From Rubripirellula sp. (GTDB lineage Bacteria > Planctomycetota > Planctomycetia > Pirellulales > Pirellulaceae): a DNA stretch of 64,000 nucleotides. The stretch is taken from assembly GCA_965216875.1 (NCBI GenBank), contig OZ244207.1, forward strand, positions 5,984,001 to 6,048,000. The letters are read 5' to 3'. Under the pieces are notes generated by a model. The model saw only the letters and a program-made list of their open reading frames with translations, did no database searches and was not told where the DNA came from. Below are positions 20,001 through 30,618 of the stretch, piece by piece (the first letter of the stretch is position 1; each line of letters begins with the position of its first letter). A program made the position numbers and the translations under genes.

Positions 20001-20901
20001 GTGGGCGTTTGACCTGCACACCGGCAAGGCGAAGACGCGCCCTCACCCTGTTACCGGCGAAGAGACTCAGTGGAGGTTTAGCCGACCTGGACATCACTGT
20101 GGTGTCATCACCGCGACGCCGAACATGATGTTCTTTCGATCGGGCTTCATCGGCTACTACGACCTGTACAACGACAGTGGCACGCGTCACTTTGCCGGCC
20201 AGCGGCTTGGATGCTGGGTCAATGCGATCCCGGGCAACGGGCTGGTCATGATCCCCGAAGCGAGCGCGGGCTGTGTCTGTCAATTTTCAATCGCGTCAAC
20301 CGTCGTCCTTGAACCGAAGTCCGAAAACCGATCGTGGGGCATCTTTAGTGCGGTCGGAAATGCCACACCAGTCAAACGGATCGGCATTAACTTGGGCGCT
20401 CCCGGCGATCGCAAGGATCAAGCGGGACGCGAGTGGTTCGGTTACCCACGTCCAAGTTCTCGACAGCGATTGGAGTACGTCTTCTCGCTGAAAGAGAAAC
20501 TGGCTTCGGGCGGCGGGTGGTACAACCGCAACCTCGAAACGCTCAACATCCGCGGAACCGATACGGATTGGCTCTACGGCAGTGGCGCACGCGGACTTTC
20601 GCGAATTGAAGTGCCATTGCTCGGCAAAGACGATCCGAAATCACTTTATACGGTAAAGCTTCACTTCGCTTCGTTGCCCAATGACCAAGCTGGATCTGAC
20701 GATGGTCCCGTTCGCTTTGACGTGCGTTTACAAGGCAGTGCCGTTGCGAAGGACATTGACATTGAGTCTGGTTCACAGACCGCCGTTGTCAAAGAGTTCG
20801 AGGATGTCACTGTTGATCAGAACTTGATCATTGAGATCGTTTCAAGCGACCCCAAATCACTGGCGACGCTTTCAGCAATCGAAGCCATTCGACAAGACTG
20901 A
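17011..20901 (+). CDS. PQQ-like beta-propeller repeat protein with internal methyltransferase-like and C-terminal malectin-like domains
   Basis: Signal peptide; DWNTYLGDNARTG; repeated xDAxTGExxW docking motifs; CLVVGSEEGQLA..LPFSNYFANLIV..LKPCGG; YTVKLHFA..FDVRLQG. Confidence 0.88.
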   Translation: MRLFTCLLAATFFAASPSLFADWNTYLGDNARTGFTSQSLQTPLSPAWTYRSHSKPIKAWEGPRNAPIEGHEMRHRVNFDDAMQVVMSNGRAYFGSTVDQQMHCVDASTGEPIWSHYTDGPIRLAPTIAHGNVYFGSDDGKVYCLDAKSGSVQWQTRVGPEDDRLLSRGEMISRWPVRTGVLVEGKTAYFGAGVFPHEMVYLRAVDAITGEVLWRNDTISQQNAGRNDLSPQGYLLSESSGKSLFVPSGRSLPVAISKENGKIVFQEKYSWRTDAGGVVGGTKALLGDGQVYAGGPHHFLAMDQRNGDVGESYIIGRQMVLADDRAYIMTGEKIICVDRSEHAKASQEKQKWFLKARQLRSDREKLAEARKKMDEYAQVGILWEVESNFDDVLVATENLVIAGGFNQVIAMDREKGNLVWSHEVEGNVRGLAVSDGKLAVSTDEGHVHMFQSEPVSSVRQWPQPYERPFAESPTTAFYQKAVKEILAASGQTTGHCLVVGSEEGQLAFEIAMQSDLKVLAVEPDLEKVKRSQARLQRAGVHGTRVTVVHADLDDLPFSNYFANLIVSDSLITSGKLPGDPIKIARHLKPCGGVAILGRPEGSPTVSEKASNDQIVSWLTSLYHRDEGDVVTGPTWNLMRRGKLAGAGQWSHQYGNAANTSYTADHRIRDGLGVLWYGDPGPSAMINRHEAAGAPLSTNGRMFIQGTDKLMAYDAYNGNFLWEHKNPGAIRTGVFNNRETHNLAASDDVLYAAVDNRCTALDAATGKTIAEYTTPDPSDGIPRAWAYLAYDNGQLFGTSTIREELEARMRRRGLTVKSQTDSIFAIDTSSGKRMWSYRGKNILHTTIAIGPERIYFIDSSISPEERQQLYLRDKGELKALTGEAAKKAEAEMKQLDLRVAVALDRKTGDRVWEKAVDVTDTTNVSAGGGSLTLMYADDHVVLCGANANGHYWKQFLSGQFEKRKLVVLDANSGDELWNKNANYMNRPAVIGQEIYAEPWAFDLHTGKAKTRPHPVTGEETQWRFSRPGHHCGVITATPNMMFFRSGFIGYYDLYNDSGTRHFAGQRLGCWVNAIPGNGLVMIPEASAGCVCQFSIASTVVLEPKSENRSWGIFSAVGNATPVKRIGINLGAPGDRKDQAGREWFGYPRPSSRQRLEYVFSLKEKLASGGGWYNRNLETLNIRGTDTDWLYGSGARGLSRIEVPLLGKDDPKSLYTVKLHFASLPNDQAGSDDGPVRFDVRLQGSAVAKDIDIESGSQTAVVKEFEDVTVDQNLIIEIVSSDPKSLATLSAIEAIRQD

Positions 20902-20973
20902 CTTTCGACATCCCCACTTCCGCTTCAGTATTCCCGATCGAGCCAAACCCTCGTTGCCAGGACTTCCTAGATC

Positions 20974-22206
20974 ATGCTGCGATCACTTCTCTCGCTACTA
21001 CCTTGCCTGTTGTGCCTATCGCTTGCCGCCGACGACGCCGAATACCCTGCTTCCGAAAGCGACAAACCGGTCAAGGTCTTTATCTTGGCTGGTCAATCGA
21101 ACATGGAAGGCCGGGGATTCCCAGAACCGCTCGCATGGCAGACCACACAGCCCGAGTTCCAAGATCGCTACAAGCACTTCATCAAAGATGGCGACTTCGA
21201 CGCGTTCAATGCCAAAGTTGCTTCGACGACCGATCCGAACGATCGCCGCAAGACTCCCGACTATCGATGGAGCACACGCCATGATGTTTGGATCAACTAC
21301 CTAGGCAAACACGGCGACCTGACCGTCGGATACGGTGCCCCACGTGAAGGGTTTGGCCCCGAATTCAACTTTGGCCACGTGGTTGGTGACCACTACGACG
21401 AACAAGTCTTGATCATCAAGACCTCTTGGGGCGGACGTGCATTGGCGCGCGGATTCTTACCACCCTCTTCGATGGCGAGCGACGAAGAATACGCAAGGCA
21501 AGCCGAAGCGTTAAACGAAAAGAACAAACAATGGAATGAATCAGAACCGGCTCGAATCGAAGCGCACAACAAACGAATCGAAGAACAAAACAAGACCGCC
21601 GAGAAGAAGAAACCGCTTCGAAAGTTCAAACCACGCGCTATGGTTTCGGCCGAAGAATACAAGGCACAGTACGGCAAAGACTATCGCAACATGATCGCCG
21701 AAGTTCACGGCTGTCTCGATGAGCTTGGCGATCGATTCCCAGGCTACAAGGGGCAAGGCTACGAACTGGTCGGATTCGTTTGGTTTCAAGGCTGGAACGA
21801 CCAATACGAAGAACGCTGGCTGACCTACGAATCCAATCTTGCCAATCTGATTCGCGACGTCAGCAAAGAATTCGATGCACCCAACATGAAGTTTGTGATC
21901 GGTCAGATGGGTCAAGACGGCACCAAGCCCGACAAAGAGGGTTCGCCCCGTGACTACATCAAAAAAGCACAAGCGAAAGTCCCCGAGAGCGACGAATTTA
22001 AGAATCGCGCAGTCTGTGTAAAAACGGACAAGTACTGGGACATGGAAGCCGATGCGATTTATCGAGGGCCCGGCGGATGGAGCAAAGATGTCGATCTTTG
22101 GCGTCAATTCGGCAACGACCACCCGTACCACTACCTCGGCAGTCCGTGGTGTTTCGCGCAAATTGGTACGGGATTCGGCGAGGCAATGTTGGAATTGGTC
22201 AAGTAA
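20974..22206 (+). CDS. Sialate O-acetylesterase-like (SASA/SGNH) carbohydrate esterase
   Basis: VFILAGQSNMEG, FGPE, WGG, WFQGWND, YHY. Confidence 0.88.
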   Translation: MLRSLLSLLPCLLCLSLAADDAEYPASESDKPVKVFILAGQSNMEGRGFPEPLAWQTTQPEFQDRYKHFIKDGDFDAFNAKVASTTDPNDRRKTPDYRWSTRHDVWINYLGKHGDLTVGYGAPREGFGPEFNFGHVVGDHYDEQVLIIKTSWGGRALARGFLPPSSMASDEEYARQAEALNEKNKQWNESEPARIEAHNKRIEEQNKTAEKKKPLRKFKPRAMVSAEEYKAQYGKDYRNMIAEVHGCLDELGDRFPGYKGQGYELVGFVWFQGWNDQYEERWLTYESNLANLIRDVSKEFDAPNMKFVIGQMGQDGTKPDKEGSPRDYIKKAQAKVPESDEFKNRAVCVKTDKYWDMEADAIYRGPGGWSKDVDLWRQFGNDHPYHYLGSPWCFAQIGTGFGEAMLELVK

Positions 22207-22378
22207 AGGGGTACGCCACCACGCCCCACTAATTGACGATTCAATTTTCGCGACTTCGTTTTATAATCAGGGTGTGCGTCGCGTCCTCACGCCTACTCGG
22301 CGCGATGCCTGGCCACCACATTGATCGCCAACTCCCTCCCCCTCGGTCTTTGCTGACCACTCTTAATCCCCACAACGC

Positions 22379-25300
22379 ATGTCGACTGTAAAACTGATGC
22401 TGGTTTCGGTCGCGCTGGTGGCTTTGCCTCTCTCCGTGGTGAAGGCTGACGACGCGACGATCGAATTCAATCGAGACGTACGCCCAATCCTCTCGGAAAA
22501 CTGCTACCACTGTCACGGCCCCGATGAAGAAACGCGCGCAGCGGACCTTCGCCTCGATACATCCGAGGGTGCCAAGGAGTACGCGATCCTCGAAGGCGAT
22601 GCGAGTGCCAGCGATCTGTTTGATCGAATCTCGGCCGATGACCCAGACATGGTGATGCCGCCTCCAGACAGTGAACGCAAACTGTCAAAGGAACAAATCG
22701 AAACGATTCGCCGCTGGATCAATCAAGGCGCCAAATACCAATCGCACTGGTCGTTCCGCTCGCCAACCCGCCCTGCCCTGCCCCAAGCCGATTCGACCGA
22801 TCTCGCCATCGATCAATTCACATCAAGGATGCTTGAGAAGAAAGGCTGGCAGCGCGCAGAACGTGCCGACCGCGAGACGCTGATTCGCCGAGCCACCTTT
22901 GACTTGATTGGTCTGCCGCCAACCATCGAAGAGATTGACGAGTTTCTTGCCGACGACTCACCCGATGCCTATGGCAAACTGCTCGACCGACTGATGGAGC
23001 GTCCGGAATTTGGCGAGCGAATGGCATCCGACTGGCTGGACGCTGCACGCTACAGCGACACCTATGGTTACCAGGTCGACCGCGATCGCTTTGTTTGGCC
23101 GTGGCGTGACTGGGTGATCGGCGCCATCAATGACAACCTGCCCTACGACAAATTCCTAACTTGGCAACTTGCCGGTGACCTGTTGCCAGACGCGACCCAA
23201 GATCAAGTCCTCGCGACCACCTTCAACCGACTACACCCGCAAAAGGTCGAAGGTGGCAGCGTGCCGGAAGAATTTCGGATTGAGTATGTCGCGGACCGCA
23301 CGCAAACGATCGGCACCGCGATGCTCGGATTGACGCTTGAGTGTTGCCGTTGCCACAACCACAAATACGATCCACTCAGTCAACGCGACTATTACCAACT
23401 GACCGCGTTCTTCGACAACATCGACGAAGCGGGCCTCTATTCGTACTTCACCCCTTCAATTCCTACGCCAACGTTGACGTTGCCCAATGACAACGAAAAG
23501 GAATCGCTTACCCAAAAGCAAGCGGCCGTTGACGCAGCGCGCGACCAGCTTGCCAAGGCGATGTCCGATCGCGCCGACGCGTGGAAAGAGGCCTGGGGAA
23601 AGATCGATCAAGAGCAACGATTCGCACAGCCCGTCGAGGCCCATGACTTTGACGGCGATGTCAAAGGCCCCAACGAATCGGTCGAGGGCGTGATTGGGAA
23701 AGCAATCAAATTGACGGGCGACGACGCGGTCAAAACCAAGGTAGGTAACTTTAGTCGCTACCAACCTTTTTCGGTTTCGCTTTGGATCAAGACACCGAAT
23801 CATAAAGACCGCGCCGTGGTTTTCCATCGATCGCGTGCTTGGACGGACGCAGCGAGTCGCGGTTACCAACTCTTAATCGAAGACGGCAAGCTGAGCTGGT
23901 CGTTGATTCATTTCTGGCCAGGAAACGCGATTCGAATTCGCACCAAAGATGCGATTGCTGTTGACCAATGGATGCACGTTGTTGTGACCAACGACGGTTC
24001 GAGTCGCGCCGGCGGGCTCGGTTTGTACATCAACGGCAAAGCGGCCGAGATCGAAATCGTCCGCGATTCGCTGACCAAACACATCACCGGCGGTGGCGGC
24101 AACGAAATCGCGATCGGCGAGCGTTTCCGAGATCGCGGCTTCAAAAACGGAAGCGTTGACCAATTCGAAGTCTACGACAAACAACTTTCCGAGCTTGAAA
24201 TTTTGCGTCTATTTGACGCCGACACGATCACTTTCGCCGATGGTTCGAGCGAGGGACTGACCGAGTCACAGGCCGCACTTCTGGCGGACCATTTCCTTCG
24301 ACGGCATGACGAACCGATCCAAACGGAACTAACGAATGTCCTCGAAGCTCGCAAAGCGTTTTGTGGTCTGCAGGACAAGGTCAAAGAGATCATGGTCATG
24401 CGTGAAATGGAAACGCCTCGCCAAACCTACCTGCTTGGCCGCGGTGCTTACGACAACCGCACCGACGAAGTCGCACCTGGCACTCCCGCCGCGCTGCCAC
24501 CCTTGCCGCAAGAATTGCCGCAAAACCGACTTGGGTTTTCAAAGTGGTTAACCGATCCGTCGCACCCACTGACAAGCCGCGTTGCAGTGAATCGGTTGTG
24601 GCAAATCTGTTTTGGCACCGGACTCGTTCGTACGCCTGAGGATTTCGGAAGTCAGGGCGAACCACCAACGCACCCCGACTTGCTTGACTGGCTTGCAATC
24701 GACTTCGTCGAAAACGGATGGGACGTCAAGCGAATGCTCAAGCAGATCATGATGTCGGAAACGTATCGCCAAAAGAGCGCAACCGACAACGAAGCGATGC
24801 TCGCGGCCGACCCCGAAAACCGATTGCTGGGCCATTTCCCAAGCTACCGGTTGCCGGCTGAAATGCTGCGTGACAATTCGCTCGCGATCTCCGGACGATT
24901 GGTCACGAAGATTGGTGGCCCGCCCGTCAAGCCTTATGAAATCGAAGCTTCTTTCAAACCCTCCAAGCGAGACAAGGGCGACGGACTGTACCGGCGAAGC
25001 ATTTATACGTATTGGAAACGTACCGGCCCCGCACCGGCGATGATGGCACTCGATGCCGCCAAACGTGACGTTTGCCGAGTGCAACGCGAACGAACGTCGT
25101 CGCCGATCCAGGCCTTTGTGTTACTCAATGGACCCCAATTCGTGGAATCGGCGCGTGGGCTTGCCGAACAATTGCTCGGCCAATACGACAAAGACGAACT
25201 GGCCGAGACGCTTCAACACGGATTCCGCCGTCTCACCAGCCGACGGGCGAGCGAGGACGAAATTCGTGTTTTGAAAACACTGTTCACCCAGCAGCTTGAC

Positions 25301-25450
25301 TACTTCCAATCGAATCAAGAAAAAACGAAGGCCTTTCTATCAGTCGGCGATGCAAAGGCGAATGAAAAACTCGACGCACCACGACTGGCCGCACTGACGG
25401 TTGTGATCTCGACCGTAATGAACTTTGACCAAAGCGTGATGAAACGATGA
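22379..25450 (+). CDS. Planctomycete cytochrome c / DUF1549 / LamG / DUF1553 protein
   Basis: [65 protein letters not shown]. Confidence 0.93.
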   Translation: MSTVKLMLVSVALVALPLSVVKADDATIEFNRDVRPILSENCYHCHGPDEETRAADLRLDTSEGAKEYAILEGDASASDLFDRISADDPDMVMPPPDSERKLSKEQIETIRRWINQGAKYQSHWSFRSPTRPALPQADSTDLAIDQFTSRMLEKKGWQRAERADRETLIRRATFDLIGLPPTIEEIDEFLADDSPDAYGKLLDRLMERPEFGERMASDWLDAARYSDTYGYQVDRDRFVWPWRDWVIGAINDNLPYDKFLTWQLAGDLLPDATQDQVLATTFNRLHPQKVEGGSVPEEFRIEYVADRTQTIGTAMLGLTLECCRCHNHKYDPLSQRDYYQLTAFFDNIDEAGLYSYFTPSIPTPTLTLPNDNEKESLTQKQAAVDAARDQLAKAMSDRADAWKEAWGKIDQEQRFAQPVEAHDFDGDVKGPNESVEGVIGKAIKLTGDDAVKTKVGNFSRYQPFSVSLWIKTPNHKDRAVVFHRSRAWTDAASRGYQLLIEDGKLSWSLIHFWPGNAIRIRTKDAIAVDQWMHVVVTNDGSSRAGGLGLYINGKAAEIEIVRDSLTKHITGGGGNEIAIGERFRDRGFKNGSVDQFEVYDKQLSELEILRLFDADTITFADGSSEGLTESQAALLADHFLRRHDEPIQTELTNVLEARKAFCGLQDKVKEIMVMREMETPRQTYLLGRGAYDNRTDEVAPGTPAALPPLPQELPQNRLGFSKWLTDPSHPLTSRVAVNRLWQICFGTGLVRTPEDFGSQGEPPTHPDLLDWLAIDFVENGWDVKRMLKQIMMSETYRQKSATDNEAMLAADPENRLLGHFPSYRLPAEMLRDNSLAISGRLVTKIGGPPVKPYEIEASFKPSKRDKGDGLYRRSIYTYWKRTGPAPAMMALDAAKRDVCRVQRERTSSPIQAFVLLNGPQFVESARGLAEQLLGQYDKDELAETLQHGFRRLTSRRASEDEIRVLKTLFTQQLDYFQSNQEKTKAFLSVGDAKANEKLDAPRLAALTVVISTVMNFDQSVMKR

Positions 25451-26892
25451 CCATGAATAACCACCCTAGCGAAGCAGTACGACAACACTCGCGTCGTGCC
25501 TTTTTGGGCCAAGGCGGGATCGGTCTCGGATCGGTCGCGCTCGGACAATTGCTTTCGGGCAAGGCGCAAGCGAACTCGCGATCAGCCGAAACACTGGGAC
25601 TGCACCACGCGCCAAAAGCAAAGCGAGTGATTTACCTGTTTCAATCAGGTGCGCCATCGCAGATGGACCTGTTTGATTACAAACCGCTGCTCAACGAAAA
25701 GCACGGAACCGAATTGCCCGACGAAGTCCGTATGGGACAGCGACTGACAGGCATGAGTGGCAATCAATCGAGCCTTCCGATTGCCGGTTCGCCGTTCAAG
25801 TTCACCCAGCACGGCGAAAGCGGCATGTGGATGAGCGAACTGTTGCCGCACACCGCAAAGATTGCCGATGACATTTGTGTCGTGCGATCGATGTACACCG
25901 AAGCGATCAACCACGGACCGGGGGTCACCTTCTTGCAAACCGGCAGCATGTTCCCAGGCCGACCGAGCTTGGGCGCGTGGCTCGACTATGGACTTGGAAG
26001 CGAAAACGAAAACCTGCCATCGTTCGTGGTGATGGTCACGAAAAACAAAGGCGGGCAACCGCTCGTGTCTCGTTTGTGGGGCAGCGGGTTCCTGCCAAGC
26101 AAGCACCAGGGCGTTCGCTTTCGCGCCGGAAGCGACCCGGTCCTCTACTTGAGCAACCCAGACGGCATCGACGCAACAAGTCGACGTCATTCAATGGACG
26201 CGTTGAAACAGCTTCATGAGTTACAGTTGACTTCGGGCGCCGACGCCCAGATTGAAAACCGCATCGCTCAATACGAACTTGCTTTCCGAATGCAGTCGTC
26301 GATCCCGGAAGCAACCAATTTCAATGACGAGTCGCAGGCAGTCTTGGATGCATATGGACCGGATGCAAAGAACCCAGGCACGTTCGCTGCAAACTGTTTG
26401 CTCGCGCGACGCTTGGCGGAACGCGGTGTTCGTTTCATCCAGCTCTACCACCAAGGTTGGGATCACCATGGCGGTCTCCCCAAGAGCCTTCCCAACCAAT
26501 GCCGCGAGACAGATCAACCATCAGCAGCACTGGTCAATGATCTGAAACGGCTTGGACTGCTCGACGACACACTGGTGATTTGGGGCGGCGAGTTTGGACG
26601 CACCAACTATTGCCAGGGTAAACTGACGGCGAACAGTTTTGGTCGCGACCACCATCCACGCTGTTTTTCGATGTGGATGGCGGGCGGTGGCGTGAAGCCC
26701 GGCTTTGTCTATGGGGAAACCGACCCTTACTGTTACAACATCGCGAACAACGCCGTTCATGTTCACGACCTTCAGGCAACGATCCTGAATCAGCTCGGCA
26801 TCGATCACGAGCGTCTGACTTACAAGTACCAAGGACGCCAGTTCCGGTTGACTGACGTGCATGGTCACGTTGTCAAAGACATCCTGAGCTAA
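25447..26892 (+). CDS. DUF1501 family protein (Tat signal)
   Basis: [47 protein letters not shown]. Confidence 0.93.
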   Translation: MTMNNHPSEAVRQHSRRAFLGQGGIGLGSVALGQLLSGKAQANSRSAETLGLHHAPKAKRVIYLFQSGAPSQMDLFDYKPLLNEKHGTELPDEVRMGQRLTGMSGNQSSLPIAGSPFKFTQHGESGMWMSELLPHTAKIADDICVVRSMYTEAINHGPGVTFLQTGSMFPGRPSLGAWLDYGLGSENENLPSFVVMVTKNKGGQPLVSRLWGSGFLPSKHQGVRFRAGSDPVLYLSNPDGIDATSRRHSMDALKQLHELQLTSGADAQIENRIAQYELAFRMQSSIPEATNFNDESQAVLDAYGPDAKNPGTFAANCLLARRLAERGVRFIQLYHQGWDHHGGLPKSLPNQCRETDQPSAALVNDLKRLGLLDDTLVIWGGEFGRTNYCQGKLTANSFGRDHHPRCFSMWMAGGGVKPGFVYGETDPYCYNIANNAVHVHDLQATILNQLGIDHERLTYKYQGRQFRLTDVHGHVVKDILS

Positions 26893-26988
26893 CCGGCCTC
26901 GGTCGTTTGCTGCTCGAAGATCCGAAGCCAACGCTGCAGATTTCGGTCGCGATTCCACTCGGCTGAATCCCTCCCAAGATTCATGCAA

Positions 26989-27108
26989 GTGAGCCGGGAC
27001 TCGCGCAAGCGGCCGGCCTTGAACGTGCGGCCAGGGCCCGAAGCCGCACGGCCAGCGGCTCACGGGACGGATGGCGAAGATTCCGGCTAAAGCTCGGTAC
27101 TACAAACG
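26989..27108. repeat. GTGAGCCG..CGGCTCAC REP doublet followed by a GTAGTACC-type REP on the minus strand
   Basis: 26989-27063 is bounded by GTGAGCCG and CGGCTCAC; AAGATTCCGGCTAAAGCTCGGTACTAC near 27077 is identical to the copy near 36018. Confidence 0.85.
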
Positions 27109-27233
27109 GATCGCGGTTTCCGGCACCCAAATGATGTGGTTGCCAGACCTCGATTGCCAGCGTCATAATGTCGGGCTACATCAAAATCGAAAGAGTCGAT
27201 GGTACCGTGTCGACCACCTAGAAAGAGCGAAGA

Positions 27234-27608
27234 ATGAGCGATTCAAAAGTCAGTGGCGTCGTCCACTTGATTGAAGAAACCAAGACTTACGGAAACAAAG
27301 GCTTCCGCAAACGCTTGGTCGTTTTAGAACAAGACAAAGGAAGCTTCACCAACTATGTTCCGATCGAATTCACACGCGACTCGTGCGATTCGGTCGACGA
27401 CATGAACCTTGGCGACGAAGTCGAAGTCACCTATCGGCTCAACGGTCGTCGCTGGCAGCGAGACCAAGCGAGCGAAGTGAAGTACTTCCTCAGCGCAGAA
27501 GCGATGTCGTTCAAAATCACCAGCAGCGGTGGCGACACGATGACCGAGCGTGTTAGCGAAGGTAACGACGCCTTTGCAGAAGCGAGCGACGACGAAGCGC
27601 CGTTCTAA
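27234..27608 (+). CDS. DUF3127-like OB-fold protein with SSB-like acidic tail
   Basis: GFRKRLVVLE, GDEVEVTYRLNGRRW, KYFLS; ends SDDEAPF. Confidence 0.8.
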   Translation: MSDSKVSGVVHLIEETKTYGNKGFRKRLVVLEQDKGSFTNYVPIEFTRDSCDSVDDMNLGDEVEVTYRLNGRRWQRDQASEVKYFLSAEAMSFKITSSGGDTMTERVSEGNDAFAEASDDEAPF

Positions 27609-27643
27609 TCTTCATCGGCACATGCTCCGCTTGAGCTAAGTGA

Positions 27644-30418
27644 CTAGATCGTCGGCGGTCGAAAAGCGCGATCGTCGACCGGAGCTGGATCGGTTGCGTC
27701 CAATTCAGTTCGGAAACGCTCGGCGTCGATGTATCCTGGCGCCGTGTAGGGGTCGAGCGTCAAGATGTTCGCCTTATCGATCGCACTTGAATCGATCAAC
27801 TGGAACGCTTGATCGGTGGTGACCATCGCTCGAAAGGGTTGCCGTCGAACGTAACCATTGGATCGCTTCCGCGAATCCAACTTCTCCTTCAGCTCGTCCG
27901 AAAACGCGTTCCACTCCTCCCCAAACTCGTAGGCGACTCCCTCTCGGGTCAATAGCTGGTCAATCTCACGCCTACCCAAATCACAACGGTCGAGTTTGAC
28001 CCAAACGAGTGCTTGATTTTGAACGATCGCGTCCATCAACGGTTCACTGATGCTCCAACCGGACAGATCGAGTTCTTCAAGTGAGTTTAGCCTCAACAAT
28101 CGAATCAAAGCGTCGTCATCGATTTCGGCGTTTGATAGATCGAGATAGGTCAATTGCGTGAGCGAAGTCAGCGCGTCGGCAGCCTCATCGCTAAGCGTTA
28201 CACGTCGTAGCGAAAGTTCTCGCATCGACTCGATTCCGGATAGCCAATACAACGTGCCAGCCGCGATTTTCGTGTCTGCAAAGTTCGCACGATTGAGACG
28301 TCGAATACCGCGCCAATGGTCCGTTACATCGTCGTCAACCTCTGCCCCGGGAACTTCAATCGTGGTCAACTCGGTGAGTTCGCCAAGGTCTTTGAGTGCC
28401 TCTTTCGAAATGGACGGGTATGCCAAAGTAATCCGGTCGATCTTAGGGCAGTCCAACACCGCCTCCACGACGGAATCATCGATTTGCCCGCCGCCGATGG
28501 AGAACCATTCCAGATCGCGCAGCCCTTCGAGTCTTGCGCCCACCGGCCACGGTGACTCGAGCGCAAAACCTCGCACCTGGGGAGCGTCACGAATCACCAA
28601 CTGATCGGGACATTTCGCAAGGTGGAAGTACGCATTCAAGTTGGGCACTTCTTCGAGTCGCAAGTGAGCGAGCTTTTCGTACCGACTGGTTCGCAAGAAT
28701 TTGAGGTCATTCTTGACCAAGTCGAAACGCTCAAGAGCGGCGACGTTGACCGCAAGGTCGCGAAGCTGAGGAAACGCCTCAACGATCCAAGAGAGTTCAT
28801 CGCCCTCGAGCGAACAATCGGATATGGCAAGGCTGTCAAGCTGCCGCATCCCATCGAGCGACTGCAACTGCTGGAACGTGACTCCGGTATGCCCCAATCG
28901 CAGTCGGCGTAAGCGTTGATTTTTTACCAACGGCGACAGGTCGATTCCGTCAAGAGAGAGCCCCGTCAAGTCGAGTAGAACAGGCCCTGAAGACTCGCCG
29001 ATGCTGTCAATCCAACTCTGGACAGACTCCTGGTCGACGTCTTTGATGACAGCCAACCCACCACTCAAAATGAAGTAGGCCCCCAATTCGAGATGACGCA
29101 AACCAGGAAGGTTTGAGATTTTGAGTGATCGCAAATCGGCTCCAAAGCAACTGATCCGCCTCATGCTTGGAAGGTTCTTAAAGTCCGCATCAACGACCCA
29201 AGTCAATCCAGGCGCCTTGTCATCGGCACCGAGAGCGAAGAACAGCGTTTGAACATCCTCGTCAATGCGCATCAATCGAGGCGCATCGTGAATTTGAAGA
29301 GCATGTTTCTGGACGCGATTCAAACGCAACACCTCCAAGCGAGGCAAATCCTTCAAACTCAAGTCGAGCGTTTGCTCGTTCAGCTGAAGATTGAATCTCG
29401 AAACGCTCAAGCTTTTGAGCTTTGGCCATCCGTGCAAGGTCAACGAATCGGATTGGCCCGAATGCGGCCTTGGCAACCACATCTGTTCGACCGATTCCGA
29501 CCATTTCGGCTTGCCCAATTCGGCGAGTCGAATATTGGTACCGTGTACGTCAACTTCCTTCAAATATTGCAGCGAATCGAGCGCATGCAGCTGAGTGCTC
29601 GTCAAGTTGGAACCTGCAAACGCGACCCTTCGAAGCCAGTTCATCTTGGCAATCGTATCAGCCGTGTCCTGCGTGATTCGCTGGCGGTACAGGCCAATCG
29701 ATTCGAGGTGCGGTGAATCTGTAAGCGGAGCAATCGAATCTGCTTCAAAGGTCCCACTGGTGATTTCGAGCGCATCGAGTGAATCGAACCGCGCAACCTT
29801 CCGCACGAGATCATCATCGGGGGAATAGAGCTTTGCTTGGCGAACGCGCATGAAGACGTCGGCCAGCTGCTTTGGCACACGGTTAACAATCGGTTCCGGC
29901 AACCACGCGGCGACATAGCAGTTGCCATTGCGGCTGAGGCTACGAACAATCGTGAGTTGGTCGCTGCGTCGCTTCCAAAGCAAACCGTAGGCCGTTGCTG
30001 GTACCAACAGAATCAGGAACGCAACCAGCGAGTCAAATACGATCCGTGTCGAACGCCCTTGATTCGGCTTGTCGATCGTCCGGGAACGCCAAAGAGTGAA
30101 ACAATAGACGGCCAAGCAGATAACGATTGCGGCGACCACATTGACGCACAAATTGCGTGGCGACCAAAAGCGATTCTGAATTCCGGTCGCTTCGAACTCG
30201 TAGTAAATCGAGTAGCGCAGCGGCCATCCGGCCATGACGGGCATACTTTCAACATGCCGTCCAACCTCGGCGTCGCCGAAACGCTGGCCGCCAATCCATT
30301 CCCCTTCTCGCTCGACGTACTTGTAAGGCAAGTTGGCAACAAGAAGCAGAAGAACGACGGTCGCCGCGAGCACTCCCGCGGCGAAACGGTTTTTTGTGGC
30401 TGAATTGTCAGCGTGCAT
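27644..30418 (-). CDS. Membrane-anchored leucine-rich repeat protein
   Basis: Three N-terminal TM segments, AGWP motif, many LxxLxL repeats (LRRLRLGHTGVT, LTYLDLSNAEI). Confidence 0.85.
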   Translation of the reverse strand: MHADNSATKNRFAAGVLAATVVLLLLVANLPYKYVEREGEWIGGQRFGDAEVGRHVESMPVMAGWPLRYSIYYEFEATGIQNRFWSPRNLCVNVVAAIVICLAVYCFTLWRSRTIDKPNQGRSTRIVFDSLVAFLILLVPATAYGLLWKRRSDQLTIVRSLSRNGNCYVAAWLPEPIVNRVPKQLADVFMRVRQAKLYSPDDDLVRKVARFDSLDALEITSGTFEADSIAPLTDSPHLESIGLYRQRITQDTADTIAKMNWLRRVAFAGSNLTSTQLHALDSLQYLKEVDVHGTNIRLAELGKPKWSESVEQMWLPRPHSGQSDSLTLHGWPKLKSLSVSRFNLQLNEQTLDLSLKDLPRLEVLRLNRVQKHALQIHDAPRLMRIDEDVQTLFFALGADDKAPGLTWVVDADFKNLPSMRRISCFGADLRSLKISNLPGLRHLELGAYFILSGGLAVIKDVDQESVQSWIDSIGESSGPVLLDLTGLSLDGIDLSPLVKNQRLRRLRLGHTGVTFQQLQSLDGMRQLDSLAISDCSLEGDELSWIVEAFPQLRDLAVNVAALERFDLVKNDLKFLRTSRYEKLAHLRLEEVPNLNAYFHLAKCPDQLVIRDAPQVRGFALESPWPVGARLEGLRDLEWFSIGGGQIDDSVVEAVLDCPKIDRITLAYPSISKEALKDLGELTELTTIEVPGAEVDDDVTDHWRGIRRLNRANFADTKIAAGTLYWLSGIESMRELSLRRVTLSDEAADALTSLTQLTYLDLSNAEIDDDALIRLLRLNSLEELDLSGWSISEPLMDAIVQNQALVWVKLDRCDLGRREIDQLLTREGVAYEFGEEWNAFSDELKEKLDSRKRSNGYVRRQPFRAMVTTDQAFQLIDSSAIDKANILTLDPYTAPGYIDAERFRTELDATDPAPVDDRAFRPPTI

Positions 30419-30618
30419 CGCACCTTTTCGAAAGAGACTCTCTCATGACGTTGGCCAAGCTCGTAAGTCGAACGCTCGGCCAACTCAATCGTTCGGGCAA
30501 GGCTAAGATCCATCCTGATGAAACGTCGTCGCGCCCCATTCGATCGTTTCGCGCCTGCCAGTTTAAGCGTACTCGCCCGCTTTCGCCGGGAACACCATGA
30601 CCTGGCCAACATTCAACT

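Noticed and set aside
22233..22267. TTGACG..TATAAT promoter before the DUF1553 gene
   Set aside because: The 23-nt spacer is too long. The -10 may be real, but I cannot support the pair.
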